From an uncultured bacterium (GTDB lineage: Bacteria > Fermentibacterota > Fermentibacteria > Fermentibacterales > JCC-6): a DNA stretch of 64,000 bases. The stretch spans positions 72,175 to 136,174 of the forward strand of contig CAZSKU010000003.1 of assembly GCA_964607515.1 (NCBI GenBank), written 5' to 3'. The position numbers were made by a program, and so were the translations under genes. Positions within the stretch are counted from its first letter, which is position 1, and each line of letters opens with the position of its first letter. Of this stretch, positions 36,501 to 45,925 are shown piece by piece. The notes beneath the pieces are model-generated. The model worked only from the letters and a program-made list of their open reading frames with translations, was not told the origin of the DNA and did not search any database.

Positions 36501-36704
36501 TTATCCGTAGACTTCTTTGCGGTTGCAGTCGCAGACCTTGACCCTGCGCCTCTGGGGGCGCCATGCGCCGGATTCTCCGCAGGAGCACGCCAGGTGTACT
36601 ATGGACTGTTTTTCCTTGCCGCACACCTTGCATATCTCCACGTGGACGGTGCGGGTTTCGTGGGCAAGCTTGGCGGCGAAGGTCCTGTCTTTCTTCTTGG
36701 GCAT
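36501..36704 (-). CDS. small basic zinc-ribbon protein (67 aa)
   Basis: MPKKKDRTFAAKLAHETRTVHVEICKVCGKEK...HLACSCGE...VKVCDCNRK with eight Cys; start taken at the internal ATG since upstream ORF residues are junk. Confidence 0.4.
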   Translation of the reverse strand: MPKKKDRTFAAKLAHETRTVHVEICKVCGKEKQSIVHLACSCGESGAWRPQRRRVKVCDCNRKEVYG

Positions 36705-37843
36705 CAGTCGTCCTTCCGGGTCATGGCCGGTATATCGCAGACCATGGCCATGACGGTATCCATGAAAGTCCTGTCCGAGCACTCCCTGGAAACGGCCAGG
36801 GCGGTCTCGAGAATCGCGGAAACACCCCGCCGGATCTGAACAGGATCGTACCGGCCGGGTGAAGCCCACCAAAACGGGCATGAGTATAACATTTCGTCGG
36901 CCAGGCTGCCAACGGCTCCCCGCTGACAGTCCCTGGCCCTTTTCAGCACCATGTTCAGCAGGAGCCTCAGGGCGGCGTGGTCCGGATTGTCCGGGTCGTC
37001 CCAGAGCGGGAATGGCACTCCCCTATCCAGATCCCCGGGAGGGGTGGACCAGCTGCCGGCCGGAACCTCGTCCGTTCTGCCGGGAAAACCTGCTGCTGTT
37101 TCGCCGGCGGATGCTATTCTGGCTCCCCTGGTGTCCCGGACGGTTTCAAGGAAGGGTTTCAGGAAGCCCTCGATACCGCCTGGACGGTGATGGCCGAAGG
37201 TCTCCCCGTCCATGGCGACGACCAGGTATGAATCGTCGTCCCCCATCCATCCCCGCATCTCCTTCACCATCCTGGCGGCTATCATCCGGCCGTCGTCGCC
37301 GTGGAAGGAGATCAGGTTGCTCCAGAAATTTGATCGAAGAAGGACCCTGATGCCCCGGAACTCAGGCACCCAGTCCCCCGGGGCTTCCCTCCCGGTGGAA
37401 ACCCATGGAACGTCGTCGGTGACGGTCCACCGGTACCCGGCCCGGGCCAGTATTCCGGCTGTTCCGCCGTCCAGGGCCATCTCGGGGGGAAAGACCCCGA
37501 CGGGACTCCCGAATCCCGGAAACAGGCTCCGGTTGCCTTCTCCGTTGCGCTCCAGCTGCCTGAGAACCTCGTCCTCGGGAATAAGCGGGAATATCGGGTG
37601 GAACGCGCCGCTCTGGGTGAATTCGCATCCCCGGACCTCCCGGAGAATGTCCAGGGTTTCGCCGCACAGACAGGCCAGCTGCCGGGTGAGGGAGTAGTTT
37701 ACGTTCACCGTGACGGGCAGTTTCAGGTCCCGAAGCAGACTGAATACAGGGTTGTAGCACTCCCTGTCGATTCTTCTCACCACCTCAGGATCCTGGGTGG
37801 GAGGCTGGTAGAAATGCAGCACCACCACCACCGATTTCATCAT
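36704..37843 (-). CDS. glycoside hydrolase family 57 protein
   Basis: N-terminal HFYQPP and catalytic-region DGETFGHH. Confidence 0.75.
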   Translation of the reverse strand: MMKSVVVVLHFYQPPTQDPEVVRRIDRECYNPVFSLLRDLKLPVTVNVNYSLTRQLACLCGETLDILREVRGCEFTQSGAFHPIFPLIPEDEVLRQLERNGEGNRSLFPGFGSPVGVFPPEMALDGGTAGILARAGYRWTVTDDVPWVSTGREAPGDWVPEFRGIRVLLRSNFWSNLISFHGDDGRMIAARMVKEMRGWMGDDDSYLVVAMDGETFGHHRPGGIEGFLKPFLETVRDTRGARIASAGETAAGFPGRTDEVPAGSWSTPPGDLDRGVPFPLWDDPDNPDHAALRLLLNMVLKRARDCQRGAVGSLADEMLYSCPFWWASPGRYDPVQIRRGVSAILETALAVSRECSDRTFMDTVMAMVCDIPAMTRKDD

Positions 37844-38595
37844 TCCTCCAGCATGGCCCGGTCCCCAGGGGCAAGCCCCAGGAACACGTCGGCCCGGCCC
37901 GAGTCAACAGCCAGTTCCATGAACCCCTGGCTTCCTTCCAGCATCAGAACCCCCTCCTTCCCCGAGGAGTAGCAAACGGCCCGCGCCAGGGGGAACCGTC
38001 CGCTGCCGGTGCGCACGAATCCCGGATGGAAACCCTCAATTTGCCGGGGGCGGATCCACAGAATGCAGTTGCCGAACCTGTCAACGTGGGCCACCTGGAA
38101 CTCGGCCGACCCGCCGTTCCTTCGGAAGCATCCCCTGGGCAGGAGCACCGGGTCGGAGCACGGTTCCAGGCGTTGCATCCATTGTGGGTTCACCGCCAGC
38201 CTGGCCGCCATGGGTGCGAACCAGTCCCTGCCGTGGAACGTTCCTGAGGCGCCGGGCCCCGGGGGAGGAAGCAGCCGCAGGTCCTCCGCATCCAGCCAGG
38301 ACAGGAGGCCGTTGTCGGGCCCCACCACAATTCTGCCTTCCGTCATGCACGCCAGCCCCCGGCGTCCGGTGCCCACCCCGGGGTCCACCACCGCCAGTAC
38401 CACGGAACCCTCGGGAATCCGCGGGACCGAAGTCATGAGGTGGAAGGCCCCCTCCCTCACCGACCCCGGGGCCACCCGATGGGTCAGATCCACCATCGGA
38501 GCGTTGCCGCCGCAGAGATCCATCAGGGCCGCCTTCATCTGGGCCACGTAGCAGTCGTCGCCGCCGAAATCGGAAAGCAGGAAGAAAGGACCCAC
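37840..38595 (-). CDS. SAM hydroxide adenosyltransferase (DUF62 family)
   Basis: LLSDFGGDDCYVAQMKAAL and TFHGRD motifs. Confidence 0.75.
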   Translation of the reverse strand: MGPFFLLSDFGGDDCYVAQMKAALMDLCGGNAPMVDLTHRVAPGSVREGAFHLMTSVPRIPEGSVVLAVVDPGVGTGRRGLACMTEGRIVVGPDNGLLSWLDAEDLRLLPPPGPGASGTFHGRDWFAPMAARLAVNPQWMQRLEPCSDPVLLPRGCFRRNGGSAEFQVAHVDRFGNCILWIRPRQIEGFHPGFVRTGSGRFPLARAVCYSSGKEGVLMLEGSQGFMELAVDSGRADVFLGLAPGDRAMLEE

Positions 38596-38599
38596 GGAT

Positions 38600-41500
38600 C
38601 TACCTGTGTTTCACGATGACCAGGGTTCTGTCGTCCGCCTGGGGAGCCGAACCGCCGTGGTTCTGCACCTCCTCCAGAACCCTTCTCACGATCTGGGACG
38701 AGCCCAGGTCCATGTGCCGCCGAACCGCCGCCACCAGGCCGTCCATGGAGAACTCCTCGCCCCGTTCGTCCATGGTCTCGGTGATACCGTCCGTGTAGAG
38801 AGCCAGCACGTCGCCGGCCCGGATTTCGAGCACTCCGTAGTCGTAGGAGACATCGGGTCCGAATCCAAGAATGAGTCCGCCGGTGTCCAGAACCTCTGTA
38901 TCGCCGTTCCTCCTCACCAGCACCGGCGGGTTGTGGCCGGCGTTAACGTAGGTGAGCCGTCCCGACTCGTGGTTCAGAACGCCGTAGAAAAGACCGATCA
39001 GACCGGTCGCCTGGGTGCCCGTGAGCATGGCGTTGTTCACCCGGTGCATCACCTCGCTGATGCTGAAGATGCTCTGGACGTTGGCCGAGAGGCTTCCCTT
39101 GAGGCCGGCCATGGTGAGGGCGGCGGGAATCCCCTTGCCGGTCACGTCAGCCACCGCCAGCCCCAGGTTGTTCCCGGACAGGTGGAAGAAGTCGTAGTAG
39201 TCGCCGCCCACCTCCCGGGCCGGCCTGTAGTACGCCGCGATGTCGTAGCCCTCCACCGCCGGCGGCGCCGAGGGCATCAACTCGTACTGAATCATTCTGG
39301 CGGTACTCAACTCCCCGGCGATTCCCCCGCCGCTGTCCAGCCTGCCCAGGAAGAGGTCCGGCATCTTCGCCCTCAGGGCGCTGCTGTTGGTGATGTCGGG
39401 GTGCCTGGTGACAATGCTCACCGCGGCCAGTCTCACCTCTTCCGCGGAATCCGTGAGAAGGTCCGCCAGGTGTTCCTCCAGAGCGGGGCTGTCCACACAG
39501 CCCAGCCTTTCCACCGCCCGAAGAGCCTCCAGTCTCACCGGGGCCGACGGGTCCCCCAGGGCCACGGCGATCAGGGGCATCCGGTCCTGGGGGGAGAGGC
39601 TGACCGACCGGAAGAATCCGGCGAAGGTCCTCAGCCTCACAAAGGAGTCCTGGTCGTGGATCAGCTTTTCAGCTATGGAGTAGCGCCGGGTCTCCTCCCG
39701 GCCCCAGAATTCCCCCCCCGCCTCTCCCGCCGCGGCCCTCACGGACCTTTCGGGGTCCCCGGCGAGGCTCTCCAGGAGGGTCCCGGTCTCCTCGGTGCAC
39801 ACTCCGAGTTGTCTGGCGGCGGCGGCCACCGCCGCCCTGACGGTGCCGGACTGGTCCTCGGCCAGCCGTCCGAGGGCCTGCGCCGCTTTGGAGCCCAGGG
39901 ACTCACGATTCCAGAGGAGGAACCAGGGAAGCTTTACCCTGGCCTCCACCCCCTTCTTCCCGATGATCCTGTCCACCGCTTCCAGGGAGACCTCGGCGAT
40001 GTCCCTGCGGCCTGAGGCGAGAAGCCTGCTCAGGGCCTCACGGCCGCCGTAGGACTCGTCGGAAAGCACCCTCACCACGACCGTCAGCTGGCCGTAGGAT
40101 TCGATGATTCTAAGGTAGGGCAGCGCCATCTCGGCGATGGACCTGTCCCTGGGCATCCGTTCGGTGACGATGCGCCAGAGGGTATGCCTTTCCCGGCGGT
40201 TCAGCCACTGGTAATTCATCAGAAGGTACTGGGCCACCCCCTTCAGATCGGCGTCGGGAATGTCGGCGATCATGGCGTCCCGAACCTCCGTTGAAAGGTA
40301 TCTTATCCGGGAACCGAGCTGAAATGCCACCAGCGCCCGGCCCCCCTCCCTGAGCCTCTGGATGAGTACCCAGAGAAGGTCTCCCACTTCCCCGGTAACC
40401 CCCTCCAGCTTCCTGTTGGTAAGGCCCCAGGCGAGGAATCTGAGGTCTTCCGGGTTGCCCCCCTCCAGAGCCTCGTTCAGGACGTCCCTCTCCCTTTCCG
40501 ACATCTCCGGGAAATTCCCTCCGATGTGCACCAGCACCTGCCTCCGCACCACCGGGGTCGGGTCCTCCAGGAGCATCCCGTAGTAGCCGCCGGGGTCGTC
40601 CCCCACGGACCACGTCTCCATGCCGTACATGAAGGCTTGCCTCACCCCCGGAGACGACCCGTCTAGGAGCCTCCGGAGGATGTCCTCCATTCTGGTTTCC
40701 TTCCTCACCCAGTACATGGCCAGGCTCCGGGCTAGCTCCACCCGCAGCGGCTCGCGGCCGGATTCCACGATGAAGCGGCAAAGCCCGAGGGCCTGGGTGT
40801 CGAAGCTCTTCCGGTTGAGGATCAGCTTGTTGAAGAAGTCGCCGAGGTTGACCGCCTCGGTCTCCCTTGAGGCAGCGAAAAGCAGGGCGGCCTTCTTCTC
40901 CCTGGAGAGGCTGCTGTAATGCTGGACCGCCGCGAAGCCGGCCCTTCGCATGGGGGACTCCTGGCTGCCCAGCAGGGTATCCAGCACCGCTGTCACCACC
41001 GCGGAACCCTGCATTATCAATTCCTGGGCGCCCATGTCCACCGCCGCCATCACTGTGGTGTCGCCGGCGCACAGGTGCATTTCGCCCCGGAGTATCAGCC
41101 TCCTGAAGGGGGGATTGCCCAGGGATGCGTCCGAGGTCTCGTACCTTTTCTCGAGGCTTCCCACTCCGGCGAAATCGCCGGCCAACAGAAGGTTCAACCT
41201 TTCCCACGCTTCCAATACCGCCCGGCGGAAGAGGGATTCGGGAACGATGGGCTCGAAGAGGGACAGCATGATCAGAGCCGCCTGACCGAAAGGGTCCGTG
41301 TCCCAGAACCTTGCCAGCGCCCGCTCCCCCTCCCGGAGCCTCCAGGACCTGTTCTCCGCGGGCTGGGGAAGGATGAGGTGTTTCCCCTCGAAGAGGCTGA
41401 ACACCGCCTCCATCTTCGAGGAAGAGGAGCAGACCACCAGCCTTCGGCGCTTGTCCGTGGCCCGGGCCATGGTGGTTATGAAAACGTGCCACAGGTGGGC

Positions 41501-42211
41501 CGGGTAGTCGCCGGCGTACCTGCGCATGCTGTCTAGATCGAAGAGTATGGCGCAGTCCTCGGGCCCCCTCAGGATGAGGTCCACCTCCTGGGCGTTCACG
41601 TCGCCCTCCACAAGCTCGATGGGAAGCATCCCCGCCCGGGCCGACCTGGCGATGAGTATCCTGGCCAGGGTGGTCTTTCCGGAACCCAGCGGGCCCGAGA
41701 GGCATATGAAGCCGTTTTCCTGAAGGATCTGCTCCGCCGTCCGGATGATCGCCGGATCTATGGTATCCTCCCGGAGAAGGCCCCATCCGTTCAGGAGATC
41801 CTCTCCCGCGGGATACGGAAGGGTGTCCCGCCGCACCGACGCCAGCCAGGCCGCCACCGGTCCGGCCATCAGGTGCCTGGCCTCCTCAAGGGTGCCGAAA
41901 CGCCAGAAGAGCCCCTCCGCCTCGAGCCTGACCGCCACCCGGTCCGACGGGTCAATTTCACCCGCCGCCAGGGCGGCCACGGGGATCCTGCTGCGAAATG
42001 AGCTGAAGTAGGCGTGCCGAAGGGCGGCGGAGGGCGTTCCGTTGCACACCAGCAGCACCGCGTCGGGGTGCGAGTCGTCCGGGGTCACTGCCATGGAGTC
42101 GGCCCACCGGGGATGAGGCAGTCTGGCGGCTTCGGAGATCACCACGCCGTCCGCGCCGAAAGGGAAGGGTGCTTTCTCGGCCAGCACCCGAAGCCTGAAG
42201 ACGCTGTTCAT
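38600..42211 (-). CDS. 1203-aa multidomain protein: N-terminal P-loop NTPase, central HEAT/ARM repeat array, C-terminal PP2C (SpoIIE/RsbU-type) Ser phosphatase
   Basis: Walker A LSGPLGSGKTTLARIL; repeated DPxxxVRxxAxxxLG HEAT-like units; PP2C region GYDIAAYYRPAREVGGDYYDF...VADVTGKGIPAAL...YTDGITE...ADDRTLVIVKH. Confidence 0.8.
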   Translation of the reverse strand: MNSVFRLRVLAEKAPFPFGADGVVISEAARLPHPRWADSMAVTPDDSHPDAVLLVCNGTPSAALRHAYFSSFRSRIPVAALAAGEIDPSDRVAVRLEAEGLFWRFGTLEEARHLMAGPVAAWLASVRRDTLPYPAGEDLLNGWGLLREDTIDPAIIRTAEQILQENGFICLSGPLGSGKTTLARILIARSARAGMLPIELVEGDVNAQEVDLILRGPEDCAILFDLDSMRRYAGDYPAHLWHVFITTMARATDKRRRLVVCSSSSKMEAVFSLFEGKHLILPQPAENRSWRLREGERALARFWDTDPFGQAALIMLSLFEPIVPESLFRRAVLEAWERLNLLLAGDFAGVGSLEKRYETSDASLGNPPFRRLILRGEMHLCAGDTTVMAAVDMGAQELIMQGSAVVTAVLDTLLGSQESPMRRAGFAAVQHYSSLSREKKAALLFAASRETEAVNLGDFFNKLILNRKSFDTQALGLCRFIVESGREPLRVELARSLAMYWVRKETRMEDILRRLLDGSSPGVRQAFMYGMETWSVGDDPGGYYGMLLEDPTPVVRRQVLVHIGGNFPEMSERERDVLNEALEGGNPEDLRFLAWGLTNRKLEGVTGEVGDLLWVLIQRLREGGRALVAFQLGSRIRYLSTEVRDAMIADIPDADLKGVAQYLLMNYQWLNRRERHTLWRIVTERMPRDRSIAEMALPYLRIIESYGQLTVVVRVLSDESYGGREALSRLLASGRRDIAEVSLEAVDRIIGKKGVEARVKLPWFLLWNRESLGSKAAQALGRLAEDQSGTVRAAVAAAARQLGVCTEETGTLLESLAGDPERSVRAAAGEAGGEFWGREETRRYSIAEKLIHDQDSFVRLRTFAGFFRSVSLSPQDRMPLIAVALGDPSAPVRLEALRAVERLGCVDSPALEEHLADLLTDSAEEVRLAAVSIVTRHPDITNSSALRAKMPDLFLGRLDSGGGIAGELSTARMIQYELMPSAPPAVEGYDIAAYYRPAREVGGDYYDFFHLSGNNLGLAVADVTGKGIPAALTMAGLKGSLSANVQSIFSISEVMHRVNNAMLTGTQATGLIGLFYGVLNHESGRLTYVNAGHNPPVLVRRNGDTEVLDTGGLILGFGPDVSYDYGVLEIRAGDVLALYTDGITETMDERGEEFSMDGLVAAVRRHMDLGSSQIVRRVLEEVQNHGGSAPQADDRTLVIVKHR

Positions 42212-42218
42212 TCGAAGG

Positions 42219-42635
42219 TCAGGTCAGAGGCCAGATAAGGGTTGCCCTGGTCTTCCCTTCGGGAGTGAGATCGAACTCGACCCATTTGGCAAGATTCCTG
42301 GCAATCAGTATGCCCCTTCCCCGGTCGTCCAGGAGTTCCTCCCCCTCGCCGGGACGATGGCCCAGCTCCCTTCCGGGGTGCCAGCTGCCCCTGTCCTCCA
42401 CCTGGAAGGACACCCTGCCGGGCAGCACGTCGGCCCTGACGGTGAGCGGCCTGGAGGGATCCATCGAGTTGCCGTGCTTCATTCCGTTGCGGACCAGTTC
42501 CATCACGGCGATGGACATACTGGTCAGTTCGTCGGGGACCACGCCCGCGGCCATGCCCACGCTTTCCACGAAGACCTGCACGGTTTCCAGCATCCGCTCG
42601 TCGCTTGGAACCGTGAGGCAGATCCCTTTGAGCAC
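42219..42635 (-). CDS. RsbW-like anti-sigma factor / Ser-protein kinase (GHKL ATPase)
   Basis: N-box AVMELVRNGMKHG, G1 VEDRGSW, G2 GRGILIARNLA; GTG start at 42633-42635 placed one nt after the STAS gene stop. Confidence 0.7.
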   Translation of the reverse strand: MLKGICLTVPSDERMLETVQVFVESVGMAAGVVPDELTSMSIAVMELVRNGMKHGNSMDPSRPLTVRADVLPGRVSFQVEDRGSWHPGRELGHRPGEGEELLDDRGRGILIARNLAKWVEFDLTPEGKTRATLIWPLT

Positions 42636-42636
42636 C

Positions 42637-42978
42637 TCATCCCTCCAGGGCCGCAAGGGCCTCTGTCTCGTCGGTAAAGGTCTCGAAGATGGTGATGAGC
42701 TTGGTGATGATGAACAGCTCATGGATCTTCTTGGTGGCGTTGAGAATGACCATCCTTCCTCCGGCCCTGGAAACCGTCGTGTGGCCGCTGACCAGAACCC
42801 CGAGACCGGAGCTGTCCATCCAGGAAACCCCCCCGAGGTCCACGACTATCTTCTTGTAGTCGTTATTGACGGCGCTCTCGAAGGAGGCCTTGACTTCCAT
42901 CAGATCCGGCCCGCTGATGACCTTTCCACCGAGTCGGATGACCCTCACCGCACCCTTGCTCTCCTCGTTGATCTTCAT
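42637..42978 (-). CDS. STAS-domain anti-sigma-factor antagonist (RsbV/SpoIIAA-like)
   Basis: 113-aa STAS fold with the conserved phosphorylatable Ser region DLGGVSWMDSSGLGVLV; GGGAGG is 5 nt upstream of ATG 42976-42978. Confidence 0.8.
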   Translation of the reverse strand: MKINEESKGAVRVIRLGGKVISGPDLMEVKASFESAVNNDYKKIVVDLGGVSWMDSSGLGVLVSGHTTVSRAGGRMVILNATKKIHELFIITKLITIFETFTDETEALAALEG

Positions 42979-43071
42979 GATCCCCTCCCGGGTTGAATTG
43001 TGACCGCACACCGGCAAACCATAGCCTTTAGCATAGGCAAACCGGGGACTCCGGGCAAGAAGGGGAAGGGG

Positions 43072-44076
43072 TCAGGCGCACACCAGAAAGTCCCTTCCCT
43101 CCACCAGCCCCCGGCCGGCGAGGTAACACCGGATCCGCGCCCTGGCTCCAGGTTCCCGGGACGCGGCCACCACGGGAATCCCCGAATAGTCGTCCAGCCC
43201 TTCGGGACCCACCACCGGGATTCCCCGGAGAAAGCCGCCGGTGCCGTTTCCTCGGGTTCCGATGAAGGCTTCCACACGAAAGCCGCTGCGGATCATCCAG
43301 AGAGAGAGCCTTCTGGCGGTCTGGCCGCTCCCGGCTATCACCACCCTCCTCTCCCTGAGAAATGGAACCCGGTCCAGGTACATGGCTTTGGTCCTGTAGA
43401 AGGCGGTCAGCGAATAGTTCGAGGACTTTCTGCTGAACCGGTCGGGCCTCTCCCTCCAGGCCAGCAGATTTCTGGGAACCTTGCCGAACCTGAAACCCAG
43501 GGACCATAACCGCAACCAGAGCTCGTAGTCCTCCGGCAACCCCTGGTCCCGGTAGCCCCCGGCCCCGATAACCTCCTTCCGGTGGAAAAAGGCTCCGGGA
43601 TGGGGCACCGGGCTCTCGATGAACATTTCCCTGGTGATGTCACCGTGGTTCACCAGGCTGTTGATCCATGCCTCGTACTTCCGATACCCGCCGCTTAGCG
43701 CGTTCCTCGGAAAGCACCTGACCAGGCACGACACCACGGACCGGGAACCCAGGCTCCCGGCCAGGTCCAGCTGCAGGGAAAGCCTGTCCGGGTGGGAAAA
43801 GTCGTCGGCGTCGAATCTGGCCACCCATTCCCCCCGGGCCTCCTCGAGCCCGGTGTTCAGGGCGTCCACCAGCCCCCGCCCCCGGGAGGAGATCAGCCTG
43901 AACCTGGAATCCCGGCGGCAGAACTCCCGGACTGTATCCGGCGACCCGTCCGAGGATCCGTCATCCACCAGCACAGCCTCGAACCGGTCCATCCTCTGCC
44001 GGGCCAGTGACTCCAGGGCGCCGGGAAGCCAGCGGGCCTCGTCCCGGAAGGGAAGAACCGCGGAAACAGGAATCAT
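43072..44076 (-). CDS. family-2 glycosyltransferase with extra C-terminal Rossmann-like domain
   Basis: PVSAVLPFRDE...AVLVDDGSSDGS (GT2 DxD region) and FDADD; the C-terminal about 90 aa (VVIAGSGQTARRL...VVGPEGLDD) resemble the N-domain of bacterial sugar transferases / NeuD. Confidence 0.7.
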   Translation of the reverse strand: MIPVSAVLPFRDEARWLPGALESLARQRMDRFEAVLVDDGSSDGSPDTVREFCRRDSRFRLISSRGRGLVDALNTGLEEARGEWVARFDADDFSHPDRLSLQLDLAGSLGSRSVVSCLVRCFPRNALSGGYRKYEAWINSLVNHGDITREMFIESPVPHPGAFFHRKEVIGAGGYRDQGLPEDYELWLRLWSLGFRFGKVPRNLLAWRERPDRFSRKSSNYSLTAFYRTKAMYLDRVPFLRERRVVIAGSGQTARRLSLWMIRSGFRVEAFIGTRGNGTGGFLRGIPVVGPEGLDDYSGIPVVAASREPGARARIRCYLAGRGLVEGRDFLVCA

Positions 44077-44858
44077 CGGGATTCCAGAGCCGACCTGAGA
44101 TCCTCGGTGGTGAAGGCCGGGGCGAAGCACAACAGCCCGACGCACGCCTGGGCGTATGGTCTGCCGGGGTCGGGCAGGTGGTTCTCCTCCATCAACGCCG
44201 CTCCACTGGGGTCTTCCGGATCCACCAGGTCCACCCCCTCCCCGCCGGCCAGAGCGAGGGCCTCCCGGTAAAGCGCCACGGTGAGCGGATCACCCGGGGG
44301 ACCCACCACGTATATGTGGAGTTCCTCCCGTGTGCCGTCGGAGGGGATTTCCAGCGCCGGAGCCCCTTCCAGAAGCCCCCGGAACCCCTCGCCGGCAGAT
44401 GCCCCAACGATCCTTCCCGTCTCTTCGCCTCCGGCCAGAAGAATGGTCACGGGCAGCACTGGGGGAAGCCGGAACCTTTCCCGGACCCTTTCCGCCTCCT
44501 CCGGGGAAAGCCATACCACCGGCATGGCCACGGGGGAACCTTCGAGAAAGGATTCCAGGGTCCCGAGGAACGGATCGCCCAGGGAGACCGCCGCGAAATC
44601 GGCCCTTCCCCGGTATTCGGCGTGAAGGCTGTCCAGCGTCGGCAGCTCATGGACGCAGGGGCTGCACCAGGTGGCCCAGAAGTTCAGAAGTACCGGCCGT
44701 TCCCCGGCCGCCTCCAGCAGGCTGTCCAGGGAACCCGCTCCCTTCAGCAGCGGCCCTCCTTGGCCGGACGGCCCCACCCCGGAGCCGGCTCCGTGCCTGA
44801 GAACCGGAACGATGAGGAGCAGGGTGGCGGGAATCCACCAGGGAAAACTACGGGCCAT
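44073..44858 (-). CDS. TlpA-like thioredoxin-fold thiol:disulfide oxidoreductase
   Basis: Signal peptide; WATWCSPC active site. Confidence 0.75.
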   Translation of the reverse strand: MARSFPWWIPATLLLIVPVLRHGAGSGVGPSGQGGPLLKGAGSLDSLLEAAGERPVLLNFWATWCSPCVHELPTLDSLHAEYRGRADFAAVSLGDPFLGTLESFLEGSPVAMPVVWLSPEEAERVRERFRLPPVLPVTILLAGGEETGRIVGASAGEGFRGLLEGAPALEIPSDGTREELHIYVVGPPGDPLTVALYREALALAGGEGVDLVDPEDPSGAALMEENHLPDPGRPYAQACVGLLCFAPAFTTEDLRSALESR

Positions 44859-45705
44859 GGCTGATAGCCTTCACCGGGCACACCTCGAGGCATTTCATGC
44901 AGCGGATGCACTCCGGGGAACTCTGCCGGCGCCATATCTCTATGCCCATGGGGCAAACCGACCCGCACATGCCGCACCTGGTGCAGCGGTCCGACACTCT
45001 CATCCTGAGCACCGCGGCCCGGCCCAGGAGCCCCCAGGCGGCGCCCAGCGGGCACAGATACCTGCAGAAGGGCCTCTCCACGGATACCCCCAGGATCAAT
45101 ACCGCAACGGCCAGGGCGGATTTCCACGCGAACAGGAAACCCGTGCGGAAGACCCCGCCGGTATCCCCGGACACCAGGGGCCATCCCGCCAGGGAGGTTC
45201 CAGCGGGACAGACAGCCTTGCAGAACCAAGGGTCTCCGGTGGTCTCCGGGGACGCCCTGAAAAGCAGGGGGAGGAGAACCAGAAAAAGCGCCAGCATGAC
45301 GTACTTCAGGGGTCGGAACCCCTCGGGAATCCGTATGCCTGGAAAGGGTATCCGGTAAAGAAGGTCCTGTATGAACCCGAAGGGGCATATCCATCCGCAG
45401 GCGAGCCTTCCTCCGGCAAGCCCCACGGCGGCGATGAACCCCAGGGGCGCCAGAAGCGCCAGGGCGTCGGGCCTGCCGGAGGTCAGGGCGGCCATCACTC
45501 CGGGCGATGCCAGAACTGCCTGAAGGGATCCGGCTGGACACGACAGAACCGCCGAGGGGGTGCTGTAGCACCAGATCCCCGGCACGAAGAACATCTTGGA
45601 GACTCCCTGATAGATGACGCCGGTGATCCAGCCGGAGAAGTGCAGGTTGGCCCCCAGGAAAGAGGCTGCCTGGACAGCGGTTCTGGTGGGGCTCAGCCCG
45701 GTCAT
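44848..45705 (-). CDS. 4Fe-4S-binding membrane protein (NapH/MauN-like)
   Basis: Polytopic membrane segments plus C-terminal CxxCxxCxxxCP clusters (CTRCGMCGSVCP, CIRCMKCLEVCP); start at MTGLSPT because the longer ORF runs over tRNA-Cys. Confidence 0.65.
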   Translation of the reverse strand: MTGLSPTRTAVQAASFLGANLHFSGWITGVIYQGVSKMFFVPGIWCYSTPSAVLSCPAGSLQAVLASPGVMAALTSGRPDALALLAPLGFIAAVGLAGGRLACGWICPFGFIQDLLYRIPFPGIRIPEGFRPLKYVMLALFLVLLPLLFRASPETTGDPWFCKAVCPAGTSLAGWPLVSGDTGGVFRTGFLFAWKSALAVAVLILGVSVERPFCRYLCPLGAAWGLLGRAAVLRMRVSDRCTRCGMCGSVCPMGIEIWRRQSSPECIRCMKCLEVCPVKAISHGP

Positions 45706-45829
45706 CCCACTCCGATGCACTCGAGGCAGACGTTCACCGCCTTGCTGAGAATCACCAGCGGGTCGCCAAAGAGGTAGCCGGCGGCGGTCAGGGCCAGGGC
45801 CGCTGTCAGAAGCAGCACCCTGGGAAGGA

Positions 45830-45904
45830 TGGAGGCGGCGACCAGATTTGAACTGGTGAATGGTGGATTTGCAGTCCACTGCCTTCCCACTTGGCTACGC
45901 CGCC
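45830..45904 (-). tRNA. tRNA-Cys (anticodon GCA)
   Basis: GGCGGCGUAGCCAAGUGGGAAGGC-A-GUGGA-CUGCAAA-UCCAC...GUUCAAAUCUGG-UCGCCGCC-U-CCA with the U73 discriminator typical of tRNA-Cys. Confidence 0.85.
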
Positions 45905-45925
45905 TTCCGCGGAACACCGAAAATA

